Of a stretch of DNA of 64,000 nucleotides, positions 43,081 through 56,287 are shown one piece after another (position 1 is the stretch's first letter; the number at the start of each line of letters is the position of its first letter). The notes beneath the pieces are model-generated. The model did not search any database. It was not told the origin of the DNA and saw nothing but the letters and a program-made list of their open reading frames with translations. A program made the position numbers and the translations under genes. Origin of the DNA: Octopus vulgaris (lineage: Eukaryota); NCBI GenBank assembly GCA_951406725.2, contig OX597819.1, forward strand, positions 66,588,001 through 66,652,000, given 5' to 3'.

Positions 43081-43610
43081 CATTGGCTGGAAGCCTCATA
43101 AATTTGAATACTATGCGAGCGTAGCAATTACTAAACGTCTCTTGTCACCATCAACGGTGATAAGTGGGGAAATGGTACTTAGATATATCGCAATTGGCTT
43201 ATCAGAAAATGGAGAAAAAAAATTTTTTTCTTGGTGAATCATCTCATTTATGCATTTGCCTAATTCGCCACTCGTGACAGCAAAAACAAGCCTTAAACTC
43301 TAATTGATTGGTACTTTGGAAATTTATGTAGGTGGTCTCTGAGGATTAATAGTTCGATGCTCTATATAGCAGAAATTATATCAGGAGTATCTGAGCATTT
43401 TGGCTGAAAGTTTCCTTTCTATGGTAGACATATTATTCCCTGTTGATAACGCGAAGTTCATGGATGATAATGTGTCGATTAACATATTTAATATCGTTAA
43501 AAAAACTTTTTTATAGAAGCAGACGCCTTCAATTGGTTTTTACAAACATTGGATCTCATTGTGATTAGATTTCCATCGTATGTTATATGAGTGTGTGAGT
43601 ATATATATAT

Positions 43611-43693
<83 letters not shown>

Positions 43694-43695
43694 CA

Positions 43696-44033
43696 TATTA
43701 TATTAAATTAGAGATAAAACCACTATTAGGCAAATCCTACAATGAAAAGCTTAAGCCAATACATAATATTATTTAATTTATATTATTTAAATATATAACA
43801 AAATTAATTAAAAAAATATAATTAATATAACACTAATTTTGTTATATATTTAAATAATATAAATTAAATAATTTTATGTATTGGCTTAAGTTTTTCATTG
43901 TATGATTTGCCTAATAGTGGTTTTATCTCTAATTCAATATAATATAATATTTTACTATAAAATTGGATTCAATCCTAAATCTGATTTTTCCCTGTAAGTT
44001 TGGATTTATTCCCTAATATTTATTATTATATCT

Positions 44034-44073
<40 letters not shown>

Positions 44074-44116
44074 GTATAAATATAATAATAAATATTAGGG
44101 AATAAATCCAAACTTT
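43696..44116. mobile_element. Fold-back sister copy of the 20881 element lacking the hammerhead core
   Basis: Arms 43696-43806 and 43834-43944 are inverted; the tail is near-identical to 21180-21263; a short third inverted piece lies at 44080-44116. Confidence 0.8.
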
Positions 44117-44165
44117 TATATATATTTGAATACTATATTTATACATATATATTTATACATATATG

Positions 44166-44236
<71 letters not shown>

Positions 44237-44297
44237 ATATATTAATATATATTATATATAGAGATAGGCAGATAGATATAAATAGATAGATAGATAT

Positions 44298-44940
44298 GTT
44301 TCTTTATTAGCCACACAGGGCTGCACACAGATAAAACAAATTACAAGGTAGAGCTTTTCTTTTGAAGGTTTAAAAAAAAAATGGGAGGGGGAGTTTCGAT
44401 CAAAAGGGATCGTAAAAGGAGAGAAAGAGGACAAAAAAAGGGGGGTTAAAAAAAAGGGGGAGTGGAAAAAAAAATTGATCAATAGGGATCGTTATCACAG
44501 AAATGTCAATATGAAGTGTAAAGGGGAGGACAGGTGAGGTTTACCCGTGGAAAGAAAAGCCTACGGAAAAGACCACGGTAACCTCGGTCAATGGAGTCAC
44601 ATGTTATATTTCTTTCTTTTTTTTTTTTTGCGAATAAGCAACTCTCTGTTTTCAATTTCTGAGTTCATAGGATCATGCTCAAGGTGGCTTCGTCATTCAT
44701 ACGTGCCATTCTTGCTACATTCACCCATCTTTTTTTAAAACATTCGCTAGACAAAACTTGCCTCTCTACTCTCACTTTCCTTTTCAAGTGGTACTTGAAC
44801 AAGTTGATGAGAGATTGACCAGAGAGGAAAGTGTTTGTCTCCAATCCTTTCAGACGCGTCCACCAGATACATTCTTTCGCCATAGCCACAAGGATGATGA
44901 AAATAGCTCTTCCTTCCCGTTTGAAGGAAGGAGGCGTGAC
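44298..44940 (-). mobile_element. L1/Tx1-type LINE 3' end (ORF2 C-terminus plus 3'UTR)
   Basis: Open frame VTPPSFKREGRAIFIILVAMAKECIWWTRLKGL...KKRWVNVARM...MIL* (IWxxR and F..RW pattern); 3'UTR ends in aataaagaaac on the minus strand; flanked by (GATA)n. Confidence 0.65.
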
Positions 44941-45020
<80 letters not shown>

Positions 45021-45791
45021 GGATAGATAGATAGATAGATAGATAGTTAAACAGACAGATAAACAGACATGGAATATGTATTTACTTTAACATTGAAGTA
45101 GTATATTAGAAGTTGATTCCTTTTATTCAAAATACATTTTTTAACCACTGATATTTATATGACATCCTTGACCTCGTACATACACGCGTTTTCACACGCA
45201 CACACGAGCGGGGACACACACACAAACACTCTGAAACACACTCTCAGACACATACGCACACACAGATTCGACATTTAGCTATATCCATACCTACCAGTGG
45301 TTCTCTGAATATGCTTGGGTTTCTACGTGTGTAAATGTTTGTGTCTGTGTGTGAACCCGCGTGCTCATTGCGTATATGTGTATGTCTATGCTTCTTCAAT
45401 ATAGCAAACATTTACTCATTCAGTTCCATTTTTCTTCAGACAGATACAGTTTTCAGAACACTAACTTAATTAATTTCGAATTACTTATTGAACACTTTCG
45501 ATGAGAAATAACACGTTTTTAAATAGTCTAAGGTGTGTAGTTGAAGTACACTTGTCTGTGGATTATCCCAATAGAGAAATACGCACGTACACATGCATTC
45601 GTGCACATCTCTTAATACACATATAGAAAATCTATAACATGATGTGTGCAATGTTTATCACTTCTGTCACTATCGCTTGGTTGGAAGCATTCGGTGCATT
45701 ATTCTGACGGGAATACATATATATGCTTACATGTAATGGTTATCATGTCTTTTCTATCTATCGATCTGTCTATATATATACATATATATAT

Positions 45792-45855
<64 letters not shown>

Positions 45856-45857
45856 CA

Positions 45858-47010
45858 TACTAGCAGAGATACCCGGCGTTGCCCGTGTTACATGCAATTG
45901 AAGAATTAGACATTTCTGTTATATTTTCTGTAATGAACTGGAATATCTATGTTTCGAATTTCATCAAAATTGCAGATGAGGGTTATTTCCCTCTTTACAC
46001 AGCCTAAAAAGTAATCGTGTTACATGTACCCCATACTACTGATTTTTATGCGCATATTCCAAAATTCCAGTCTTATTGAACCTGTTAAAAAGATTTTGCT
46101 CCTGAAAAATTGAAGGTCACGGAGCGCTAAAATGTGAGAAGTAAGTTGGGTTTGCAAAAGAGAGCAAAGCTACAGGAAACCAAAAGACGAATGATCACAA
46201 TAAGCAGTCAGCTACCCTAGTCGTTACCACTCCCAATGTAGGATTTCTCACCATCCAGGTGACAGGCACAGCCGTAAGATGCATTCCGAATCTATAGCAA
46301 TTGGTAGGGCGTGACGCAACTGAAATAAACATTAACAACTGTGTGACGTGAGGGCTAAGAAGAAATTAAAGTTTCACCTCTGGAGTTTGCAAATGATCAC
46401 TATACAGATACGTAACTGGACAGAATAAATTTACAATCTATAAATGTCTTTGAATAACTAGTCACTCATCTGGGAAGGCCTTGAAATCAATGTTACCGTG
46501 TGGGGACTATGTGTGACCAAGTGATAATAAAAAGACTGAAAGAAGGTCTGCAATCAAATAAATTTACTCAACACTTTGCAACTGAATCAATGGAGTCATT
46601 AATTGACAATTTATGCCCCACATTGCAGAAATCACAATGTAAGTGTATGTCAAAGCAAACTGTTACACTGTTGTACCATTGAATTACAAATAATGCTCGG
46701 GTAACCCTACAGCTTCCAAGAGCACAACTGTATTCGTTTTGCTTAGTTGAAATGACAAAATTATGGAAGGGCCTTTCTAACTTGTAAGGAGATGAAATTT
46801 TATAAATATTACTTCATTTGTGTCTAATATCTATGGTTAAAATTTTATCAACAGCAAAAATATATGAATTGTCATGGGGGTTATGGCCCTTATACATAGA
46901 ATATAATTTCCAAATTTCATAAAGATCCATTCAGTACTTTTGACATAGACTTGGATCATAAGAGAAATTAATAAAATTTGGGAGTTAAGGCCCCCATTAG
47001 GGTGTTATAT
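45858..47010 (+). mobile_element. Non-autonomous Helitron/Helentron-like element
   Basis: Starts TACTAGCAGAGATACCCGGCGTTGCCCG; distal ccaaatttcataaagatcc block; resembles 7004-7797. Confidence 0.5.
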
Positions 47011-47028
47011 AAATACATATATATATAC

Positions 47029-47089
<61 letters not shown>

Positions 47090-47097
47090 CATATACT

Positions 47098-47169
<72 letters not shown>

Positions 47170-47187
47170 TATACACACACACATACA

Positions 47188-47450
47188 AGATAAATTGATA
47201 GATACAACTGAGTGGGCAAACAACTATATGAGACACAGCCTAGTGTTTTTTTATGTTGATAAGCCTGGGATTTATTCTATTAGTTTGTTCTCGTGAAACC
47301 AGTAAATTATAGGGATGTAAATAAAAGAACACCATTTGTGAAGCAGTGATGAGGGTGAAACACAGAGACAAAGACATACACATACACTTACATATATACA
47401 TACATATATATATACATATCGTATATATATATGTATCGTATATATATATG

Positions 47451-47490
<40 letters not shown>

Positions 47491-47531
47491 CATATATATA
47501 TACGATTGATTTGTTTCAGTTCCTGTCTACG

Positions 47532-47581
<50 letters not shown>

Positions 47582-47810
47582 GTATGTATGTATGTAAACA
47601 CATTCAAAGATAAATTGATAGATACAACTGAGTGGGCAAACAATATGAGACACTGCCTAGTGCTTTTTTTTTCATTTGATAAGCCTGTTACTTATTCTAT
47701 GAGTTTCTTCTTGTAAAACCAGTAGGTTATGGGGACGTAAATAAAGGAACACCAGTTGTAAAGCAGTAATGAGGGAAAGGCACAAAGACACACACATAGA
47801 CTTGCATATA
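47188..47810 (+). repeat. Tandem duplication (~420-bp period) of a decayed SINE-containing unit
   Basis: agataaattgatagatacaactgagtgggcaaacaa at ~47188 and ~47608. Confidence 0.85.
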
Positions 47811-47832
47811 TACATACACACATACATACATA

Positions 47833-47879
<47 letters not shown>

Positions 47880-49057
47880 ATAGATAGATAGATACGTATT
47901 ATAATATCAGTCTTGTTAATATATTACAAAAATATGATACTTATTATCCTTATTAAATTGGTTCTAAGCCTTGCACTTCGGCGACTCTAATCAATCAGCC
48001 ACCCTCGGCTTTTAGATGACAGCAGTATCCACGGACTTTTACATTGGTTACCCTTGCAAGGCCTTTCTTTTATAAGTATGTGCACCGTAGATTCTTCCAT
48101 CCCTTTATGAAATTTCATTTGGTTTCACTCACTTTGTTGACATAACCGACTGCAGCGAATATACTTTTTTCGCGAAGTACACGAACGTGTTTCGAAACCA
48201 TTATCAGATTGGTCGTCTCGAGGCTACAGTAGAAGATACTTGCACAGGTGGCAAGAAGTGGGACTGAACGCGTAACCATGTGGTTGGAAAGCAAACTTCT
48301 TACCAGACAGCCACACATGAATGTTCTGAGATCGGAGAACAATCGTAAAAGCTCGATGTTAGCTTAAAAATTCATTCGCTTATGACATTAAAACATTTTA
48401 CGTTGCGCTGTAAAAAACGGTGTCTGTGGTACCTTAGTGGCGTAGTTCATACGATATTTACCTGTAATATGTTGGATAATATTATTGATTGTGAAATCAG
48501 ACGACTGTATACTTCGCTTAGACACATTTTTATTGAATCAATGAAAGGATTCGTTATTGCTAAGGTTGTTGTATATGGCAGTCTATACATATATACGTAA
48601 AGAACCGGATATCAGGCCATTATGTTCTGGCAAGTTTTAAATTTCACTTGGGTCTTGTGTCCGCTTCATCCTTCCGGGAATATGAAAGTAAGATTGGAAA
48701 TGGGTGTGCATAAGCGTGTGTGTGTGTGTGTGCATATATATACGCACATGTGTGTATGTATGTGTGCGTGAGCATGTATATATGTAAGTGTGTTTGTGAG
48801 AGCTTTTTCATGTACGTATGATTTCAGTTTAATGTGTCTGCGCTCAAAGATATTTGTCTATAGAGGCGAACATATCCGACCAAGTCTATTATCACACAAA
48901 TTCACAAACACACACGCACACATTTATTTATAAATACAGCATCTATCTACATATAAGTATATATATATATGTGTGTGTGTGTTTGTGTGTGTATTTATGT
49001 ATAAGTGTGTGTGTATATTGACGCACACATACACATAAATGCATGTATGACTTAATG

Positions 49058-49131
<74 letters not shown>

Positions 49132-49879
49132 CATGACCTGTGGTTGCCTTTGTACGCGTGTGTGTCTTTGTTCTTTCTTGTCTCTATGTGTGTTTCTGGG
49201 TGGTTACTTATTTGACTATTTGTGTGTTTCGGGCCAGGCAGCATTCAACTCACACATGTCATTAAGTGAAAGGTTAGCTCATAACACTTCACTGTTTATT
49301 ACGTTCTCTGCAATATATCTGCAAGCATTACTATTGTCCGCTCTGACATATTGACATATTCATAAATATGGATTTGCATATATTGGGAGATCGCCTCTGC
49401 TGCTATGGAAAGCAAAAATCCATCAAACACAAGCGGAAGGAAATCGTAGAAATCACAGAGGATAAATGTAACTAAAGAAATGTATATTACACACACAAAA
49501 TCATATATGCACACACACACACACACATATATATAAAGAAACAGAGAGGCAGAGAAATAGAGTGTGTTTATGATTATGTGTGCCTATGTATAGAAATATT
49601 ATATATCTATGTATGTATATCTATATATATATGTACGCATACTTATATATATATATATATTTACACAAAGCTTTGTATGTATGCATATATCTATTTGTGT
49701 GTATACATATATGTATTTATGTGACATATGTATCTATGTGTATGTAAAACGGGATGGTAGTTGGCTGCCATTACATTGCTGTGTGCATAGAATGTCTTGG
49801 ATTTATCGTACTGACATTTGCACCGGGAGTTCAAATAGAAGTAAAGAAGATGTTTAAATTTGTTGTAGTGGCGATGAAA

Positions 49880-50595
49880 ATTGGTTTGAAATTTTGACAG
49901 AAGGCAACTAATTTCTGAGGTGGGACTTGTCTATTACATCGTTCCCTGTGCTCAACTGGTATTTATTTTATGGGGTCTGAAGAATGAAATGCAAAGCCGA
50001 GCTCAGCGGAATTTGAGCTTAGTAAAGCATGAGCTTAGAAAGACATTAAATGTCGCTAAAACCTTTTGCCTAGCCCGGTAACTATTCTGCCAGCTGACCA
50101 CCTTCTCGTCCATAAATATTCCTGTCTACTATGAATATTCCATCCTGCTCAAGTCTCAAAACCTGAAATATTCGAGGATTGGGTAGTTGATTACATCGAC
50201 TCCATTGCACAACAGGTACTAATCTTATCGACCTTAAATAGATGATAGGGAAAAATCAACTTCGGCTAAATTTGATCTCAGATCAATTTCGGTCGGAAAA
50301 AACGGACGAAATGCCTCTTAGTATTTCGCCTGCCATGTTAACGATTCTGCCAGCACGCCACCAACGAAATATCGATGATATTCCTTTCTTACTCTAGGCA
50401 CAAGGACCGAACTTTTGGGGGAGGAACCCAGTCGATTAGATCGACCCCAGTATGTAACTGATACTTAATTTATCGACCCCGAAAGCATTAGAGGCAAAAT
50501 CGATGTCTGCGGAATTTGAACTCAGAACATAAAAACAGACGAAATACTCCTAAGCATTTCGCCTGCCGTGTAACGTTTCTGCCAGCTCGCCGCCT
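49880..50595 (-). mobile_element. Three consecutive same-orientation family C SINEs
   Basis: The ttctgccagc head terminus recurs at ~50085, ~50346 and ~50577, each preceded by a family C body. Confidence 0.75.
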
Positions 50596-50642
50596 TTTAT
50601 ATGGATAATATTAACTCCATTTCTAAACTGAGTTGAAATTTG

Positions 50643-50748
50643 AAGTAAAAAGATTTTATCTTCTGTTTAGGGGTCAAAAACATGTTCTTGACCCTCAGGT
50701 CAAAAACATGTTCTTGACCCTCAGACAGAAGACAAAATGCTTTTACTT
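50643..50748 (+). other. Long hairpin with duplicated apical segment, upstream of a hammerhead
   Basis: AAGTAAAA..ATTTT.TCTTCTGT..GGGTCAA / TTGACCC..ACAGAAGA.AAAAT..TTTTACTT; the 26-mer ggtcaaaaacatgttcttgaccctca is duplicated (50672-50723). Confidence 0.85.
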
Positions 50749-50769
50749 AAGATTTTTATAAATTGTTAC

Positions 50770-50806
50770 AGATATCTGATGAGATACATCGAAATCGATA
50801 ATATTT
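50770..50806 (+). ncRNA. Minimal type-I hammerhead ribozyme with intact core
   Basis: AGATAT-CTGATGA-GAT-AC-ATC-GAAA-TCG-ATA-ATATTT; palindromic stem III ATCGAT; predicted cleavage after 50800 (AUA). Confidence 0.8.
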
Positions 50807-51033
50807 TCTTTATATAAATTTCCATCAAATTCCCTCTTAAACTGAATGTCATAGACTTAACTCTTAGCTATTTCCACCTACATCTTTTATATATAAAAAA
50901 TTGATTTGTATAGATCTCCAATATTTTTTCAAGTGTATATATATATACACACACAAAATATATTTAAAATAAAGAAGGAAAATGCAATTTCCATAGATTT
51001 AATGTAAATTTTAAATGGTATAGTATTTTTGTA

Positions 51034-51065
51034 GTCAACCGGTTTCGCGTTTCGCTATTCACGAC
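51034..51065 (-). ncRNA. Hammerhead-shaped motif with altered core
   Basis: Minus strand GTC-GTGAATA-GCG-AAA-CGC-GAAAC-CG-GTT-GAC: all three stems form, but the core is GUGAAUA rather than CUGANGA. Confidence 0.45.
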
Positions 51066-51145
51066 ATTGATTATATGGGGATTTTGTATTTTCTTAATAC
51101 GTTTATATTCCATGTTCATGAATGAAAAAGTTTCTATGTGTGTGT

Positions 51146-51196
<51 letters not shown>

Positions 51197-51719
51197 TACA
51201 TATAGGTATACATTTATAGACAATGACATGAAAACTCATATGAATTTTATTGAAGATGCATTGATATGTATATATATATATATATATATATAAACACAAC
51301 ATTTTTTGGATAAATATGGCATAGAGTGTCGATGGAAATAACGCGCAATGTTGGGATTTAAGGTCTCAAAGATACGGCTCGGATAACTTGAAGAATTATC
51401 CGAGCACTTTTTACTGTATACCAGGAATTATTATCAGCTCTTCTAGGAATGAAATAAGAATCAGCACAATAAATATTATAATAAAGAGAAATATATTTTA
51501 AACACAAATTGCCTGCGAACGGGATTATCAGCTCATTTCTCCTTTTCTTTCTTTCTCTCTGGTACTCTCCGTTTCCCCCTATGTGACTCTCTCTCTCTCT
51601 CTTGTGCCCTGAATATATAAAGGCCTAGTTATATACATGCGTGTTTCTGATTGTCACTCTGTGTGAATATGTGTGTAAGAGTTTATATAAGCATACATGC
51701 ATACAGATAGACAGACAGG

Positions 51720-51750
<31 letters not shown>

Positions 51751-51781
51751 CTACATACATACATACACACATACTCAGACG

Positions 51782-51812
<31 letters not shown>

Positions 51813-51823
51813 ATGTGTGTATA

Positions 51824-52693
51824 CAGGACGCGGAAAATGATCTGACATATTTGTAAGTTTAATAAAAGCAAAATAGAGTAAATAATGAAAATATGTTTTT
51901 ATTTTAGAAATGCATTATTTAATGCCATTTTGTTTCCTTTGGTTTTAAATATGTCAAGTGGGTGCCAATACTGTCTACACACTGTCGAAGGGTTTCACGA
52001 AAAGTGTCCATAACTCGGCTGGTCCTTTCGTGTGGAATGGCACCAATTACTTCTCGAATGACATCTTTTAATTGTCCAATAGATCGAGGGCGATGACTAC
52101 ATACCTTTGATTTCATGTCTCCACTAACTTTGATTCCAGCTATCACCACAGAGATAACTAGCACGGGTTCACATTAGGTGAGCCAGCGTGACAAACAATG
52201 ACACCGTGCAACGAGATAAAAATGACCGGGGAACGTCCCCTTCAAAATCCCCACCGCAAATGGATTGCTTCCCCATCCTGTTGAAACCAAACATTGTCGC
52301 TTTCGTCAAGTTCATTCATTTTGGGTTTCAGAAACTTCTCTAGCATCACACAGTATCGATCAGAGTTCACAGTCACTGTAACATTGTCTTCTTCGAGGAA
52401 GTACGGATACCAAATGCCGAATTCTGTTGCCGCAGAATTTCGAGTAGGTACAGGATCATGTCTAACCAGCCTTAAGTGCACACGGAACACTCTTCGTGTT
52501 GCACTTACGAATTCGCTGTTCTTGATAAACGTGATGCTCGCCCGTCTAATCCATGTTGGCTGAAAACTAAATGAGACAGCACCAATTAAAATAAAATAGT
52601 ATATATATATGTACATTTTGAAACTAAAAACACATTTCTCTATTTCACTTTTATTAAACCTACAAATGTGTCACATCATTTTGCCGCACTCTG
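51824..52693 (-). mobile_element. Internally deleted Tc1/mariner (rosa/DD41D-like) transposon
   Basis: TA-CAG...CTG-TA with ~85-bp imperfect TIRs; transposase remnants PYFLEEDNVTVTVNSDRYCVML..VWFQQDGEA and MKSKVCSHRPRSIGQLKDVIREVI. Confidence 0.85.
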
Positions 52694-52711
52694 TATATAT
52701 ATATATATGTG

Positions 52712-52912
52712 TGACCTCGTGAGTACCGCTGGCGATTTTTTTCCTCTGTCTTCCCTTCTCGGGATCTTTCCTTCTCCTATGTTTCCGACGAAGAGCTCCG
52801 CTCGAAACGTTAAACCCTCCTTCTTCCCTTCTTTCCTGAGCGTCCAATAATATTTTATTTGTTCCACGTCCTCGCGTAGTTGTGTTTTTTTTTTGTGTTT
52901 TCTTGCTTGGAT

Positions 52913-52917
<5 letters not shown>
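52712..52917 (+). mobile_element. Short hammerhead-bearing PLE pLTR-like element between (TA)n tracts
   Basis: Pyrimidine-rich ~200-bp unit containing the HHR at 52781; (TA)n on both sides. Confidence 0.65.
52781..52815 (+). ncRNA. Minimal hammerhead (CCGANGA variant)
   Basis: GTTT-CCGACGA-A-GAGC-TCC-GCTC-GAAAC-GTT-AAAC; palindromic stem III AACGTT; predicted cleavage after 52811 (GUU). Confidence 0.75.
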
Positions 52918-52955
<38 letters not shown>

Positions 52956-53307
52956 TTAATGTTCGTTTTGATGATAAAATAGAAACAAATATTACACCAT
53001 ATTAAGATATGCCCCAATAGTAAGTTCTATATACCTAAGTAAATACTAACAGTTAGTGCTTCTGCATAGTTCAAAATATAAGTTTCCACACCATCTTACC
53101 ACCACAATCTGCCATACAGCCAAACAGAATCCAAGAAGCCTTTTGAACTGATCAGTGAATATGTAAAATCAATATGAACTTGGGTGCGTTACAGTAAGCA
53201 GTTGGCTTAGCTGACCAAAACTTCGAAGAATAATCTTGTTAGAGAATGATACACACACGCACACACACTCACGCACCACATACACATATACACGCACACA
53301 TACATAT

Positions 53308-53940
53308 AAAGATCGGGAACAGCGATGGGCCCGCGTACTGCACCATCTTTTGCCAACCTAGAGATGGGATACCTCGAGATAATACTCTACCAGATAACAC
53401 TCGAGAAATTTGGAAACACCTTCTCCACCTATATCCAGAACAACTGGAAAAGATACCTCGATGACTGTTTCATCATCTGGGACAAAAGTATAGAGAAACT
53501 TGAGGAATTTAAGATACTATTAAATGGAATAAATGATAATATACAATTCACGATGGATCATAACGAAGAAGAATTACCATTTTAGACATCCTCATTAAGA
53601 AAACCGGCAACAAAATAGAGACAGATATCTACTATAAACCGACAGACTCCAAACAATACCTACCCTTTGATTCATGCCATCCACGACACACTAGAATAAA
53701 TGTCCCTTTTTGTTTAGCTAGAAGGATCTGCACCATAATATCAGACACAAACACCCGACACACACGTCTCCAGGAACTTAGAACCACAGTCACAAATAGA
53801 AACTATCCACAGCCCCTAATAGACAGTGCAATCCAAAGGGCACTCAAATTAAGTATAGAAGATCTGAGACAAACAAAACCAAAAAAGAAAGAACAATTAA
53901 AAACCCTTCCCTACATCTCTACACACAACCCACTCAACAA
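53308..53940 (+). pseudogene. Penelope-like element reverse transcriptase fragment (Neptune-like)
   Basis: GTAMGPRTAPSFANLEMG...WKRYLDDCFIIW...IQFT...LPF/LDI...TDIYYKPTDSKQYL...SCHPRH..VP..LARRI...RNYP; one 1-nt frameshift at ~53580 and otherwise open. Confidence 0.9.
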
Positions 53941-54732
53941 TATATATACTAACACACACACACACACACACACACATCTACACACAACCCACTCAACAAT
54001 ATATATACTAACACACACACACACACACACATCTATACATACATATGTGCATGCGTGTGTGTATATGAGTGAACGCGTTCGTGCGTATAAGCTACCCAAG
54101 AGGTCACGCAGAAAAGACATGTCACAATATGCAAGGAATTTCTTGCTGGAGCCAACTTCCCATGCGCTGGTTGTCAGAAGAAATGTTATGCAGGTCGAAC
54201 CTGCAACCAGTTGTGTAAGTCGCTGGCATGAGGCAAAAGCCATTGTTCTCCTCTCAACATGAAATGCTATGAGACACAGTATTTAGTGAGCTATAGTCAT
54301 ACTTGATTACCGAATCAACAGTGATGAAGCACAAATACAAACACACACACAGATATGTGTGTGTGTGTGTCTGTGCACCCGTATTATAGCAAAGTTGCAA
54401 TAGCAACGGTTATTAATCGGTACAGCTGAAACATGTGTAGGTTAAAGTAACGCTGTATACATATAAATAGAATTAAATGTAATGCTAAGCCACATCGTAA
54501 TGATCCTTAACATTATTATCACATACTCTAGGAAACCTATATAGTTAAGGTAATATATTTAGAATTATCCTACAGTATATATCTCTAAATTCTTATCTTA
54601 TGAGAATATTATTGCATTTATATATAAACTGTTGAATAACATATTTGGAATACCTGAGACCTAACCGTAAACGTTTGGAGTAATCCCTTACTATTTGCAA
54701 ATATATATATGTGTGTGTTCGTGCGTACGTGT

Positions 54733-54772
<40 letters not shown>

Positions 54773-55463
54773 GCCATTTACATTCTATACAGCGAAGTCA
54801 AAAACGTAGGTTTGCTTCTCTATGCGTTCCAGCATCGTCAAACACACATATGCTAGTCGTTGTTATGTATGTCACAGAAATTCTCTCTTTTATAACACGA
54901 CACCGGTGTTTCGATATAATGTGTCACGTCAGCCACAGTTACTTGGAAGTTTGAGGTCTAAACAACCTAATGGCCTTATTCCTAATTTTAGCGAAAAAAT
55001 GATTACCGAACATTACTTAAACCAGCAAACCGATAAAATAAGTCATTTATATTGTGCACACTACGATCTTACACGCAGATTTGCATACGTCTTATGAATG
55101 CATTGTACTCATGAGACGTACATGTAAATGACTAGCGTATCTGCGTTTGAATGTACTGGAATATATTAAAGATATGCAAGACATCATTGGTGCGTGCGTG
55201 AGTGTTTGTGTGGTGTATGTGTGAGTGTATATATAAGTGCATATATATATATATATATATGTATTCATACATGTATATAGATAAATATACGTATGTATGT
55301 ATGTAGGTATATATATATATGTATATAAATACATGTATATATATATATATGTGTATATATATATATGTATATATATATAAATATATGTATATAAATATAT
55401 GTATATATATGTATATATATATATGTATATATATGTATATATATATATGTATATATATATATG

Positions 55464-55543
<80 letters not shown>

Positions 55544-56189
55544 CATACATATATGCAATGGTAAACAGAACCCCTATGTTGCTAATGAACGGAATTTTAT
55601 AGCGTCTTACGTCCGTTTGTAGTCTAAAACTTTATGACTTACCCGGAAACGATATTCATAGCTTCCGTTTGGAAACCTTGAATTTCAGTTAGTTTGATCA
55701 CTGAACCGTTGACATTCTTAGAAACTGATTGCGCCGACTTCTCCTGAACATCAATGTGTTCAGTGGCATAATATCTATTTATGTATATTTTGATTTCTCT
55801 ATTTAGCCAATTATTTTTCTTGGTTATCCACCCTTCTAACACACACAAATTTAAACACGTGCGCGCAAACACACACACACACATATATATATATATTTAT
55901 ATATATATATACATATGGACACACACATTCATACTGAGATATGCATGCATATAAGCTTGTAGGCACACACATAGACAAACGTATTTATGCTTACGTATGT
56001 ATATATATATGTACATATATGTATATATATATATGCATATATATGTATATATATATATATATACGTATATATATGGATATATAAATATATATACGTATGT
56101 ACGTGTGTATAAATATGCATATGTGTGTGTATATATATATGTGTATATGCGTATAATCATACACACATATATACATGTATGTATATATA

Positions 56190-56287
<98 letters not shown>

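Noticed and set aside
42755-43237. Two in-frame ORFs separated by one TGA after a good + strand acceptor (readthrough or selenocysteine idea)
   Set aside because: No recognisable selenoprotein or SECIS; a decayed LINE remnant explains it at least as well.
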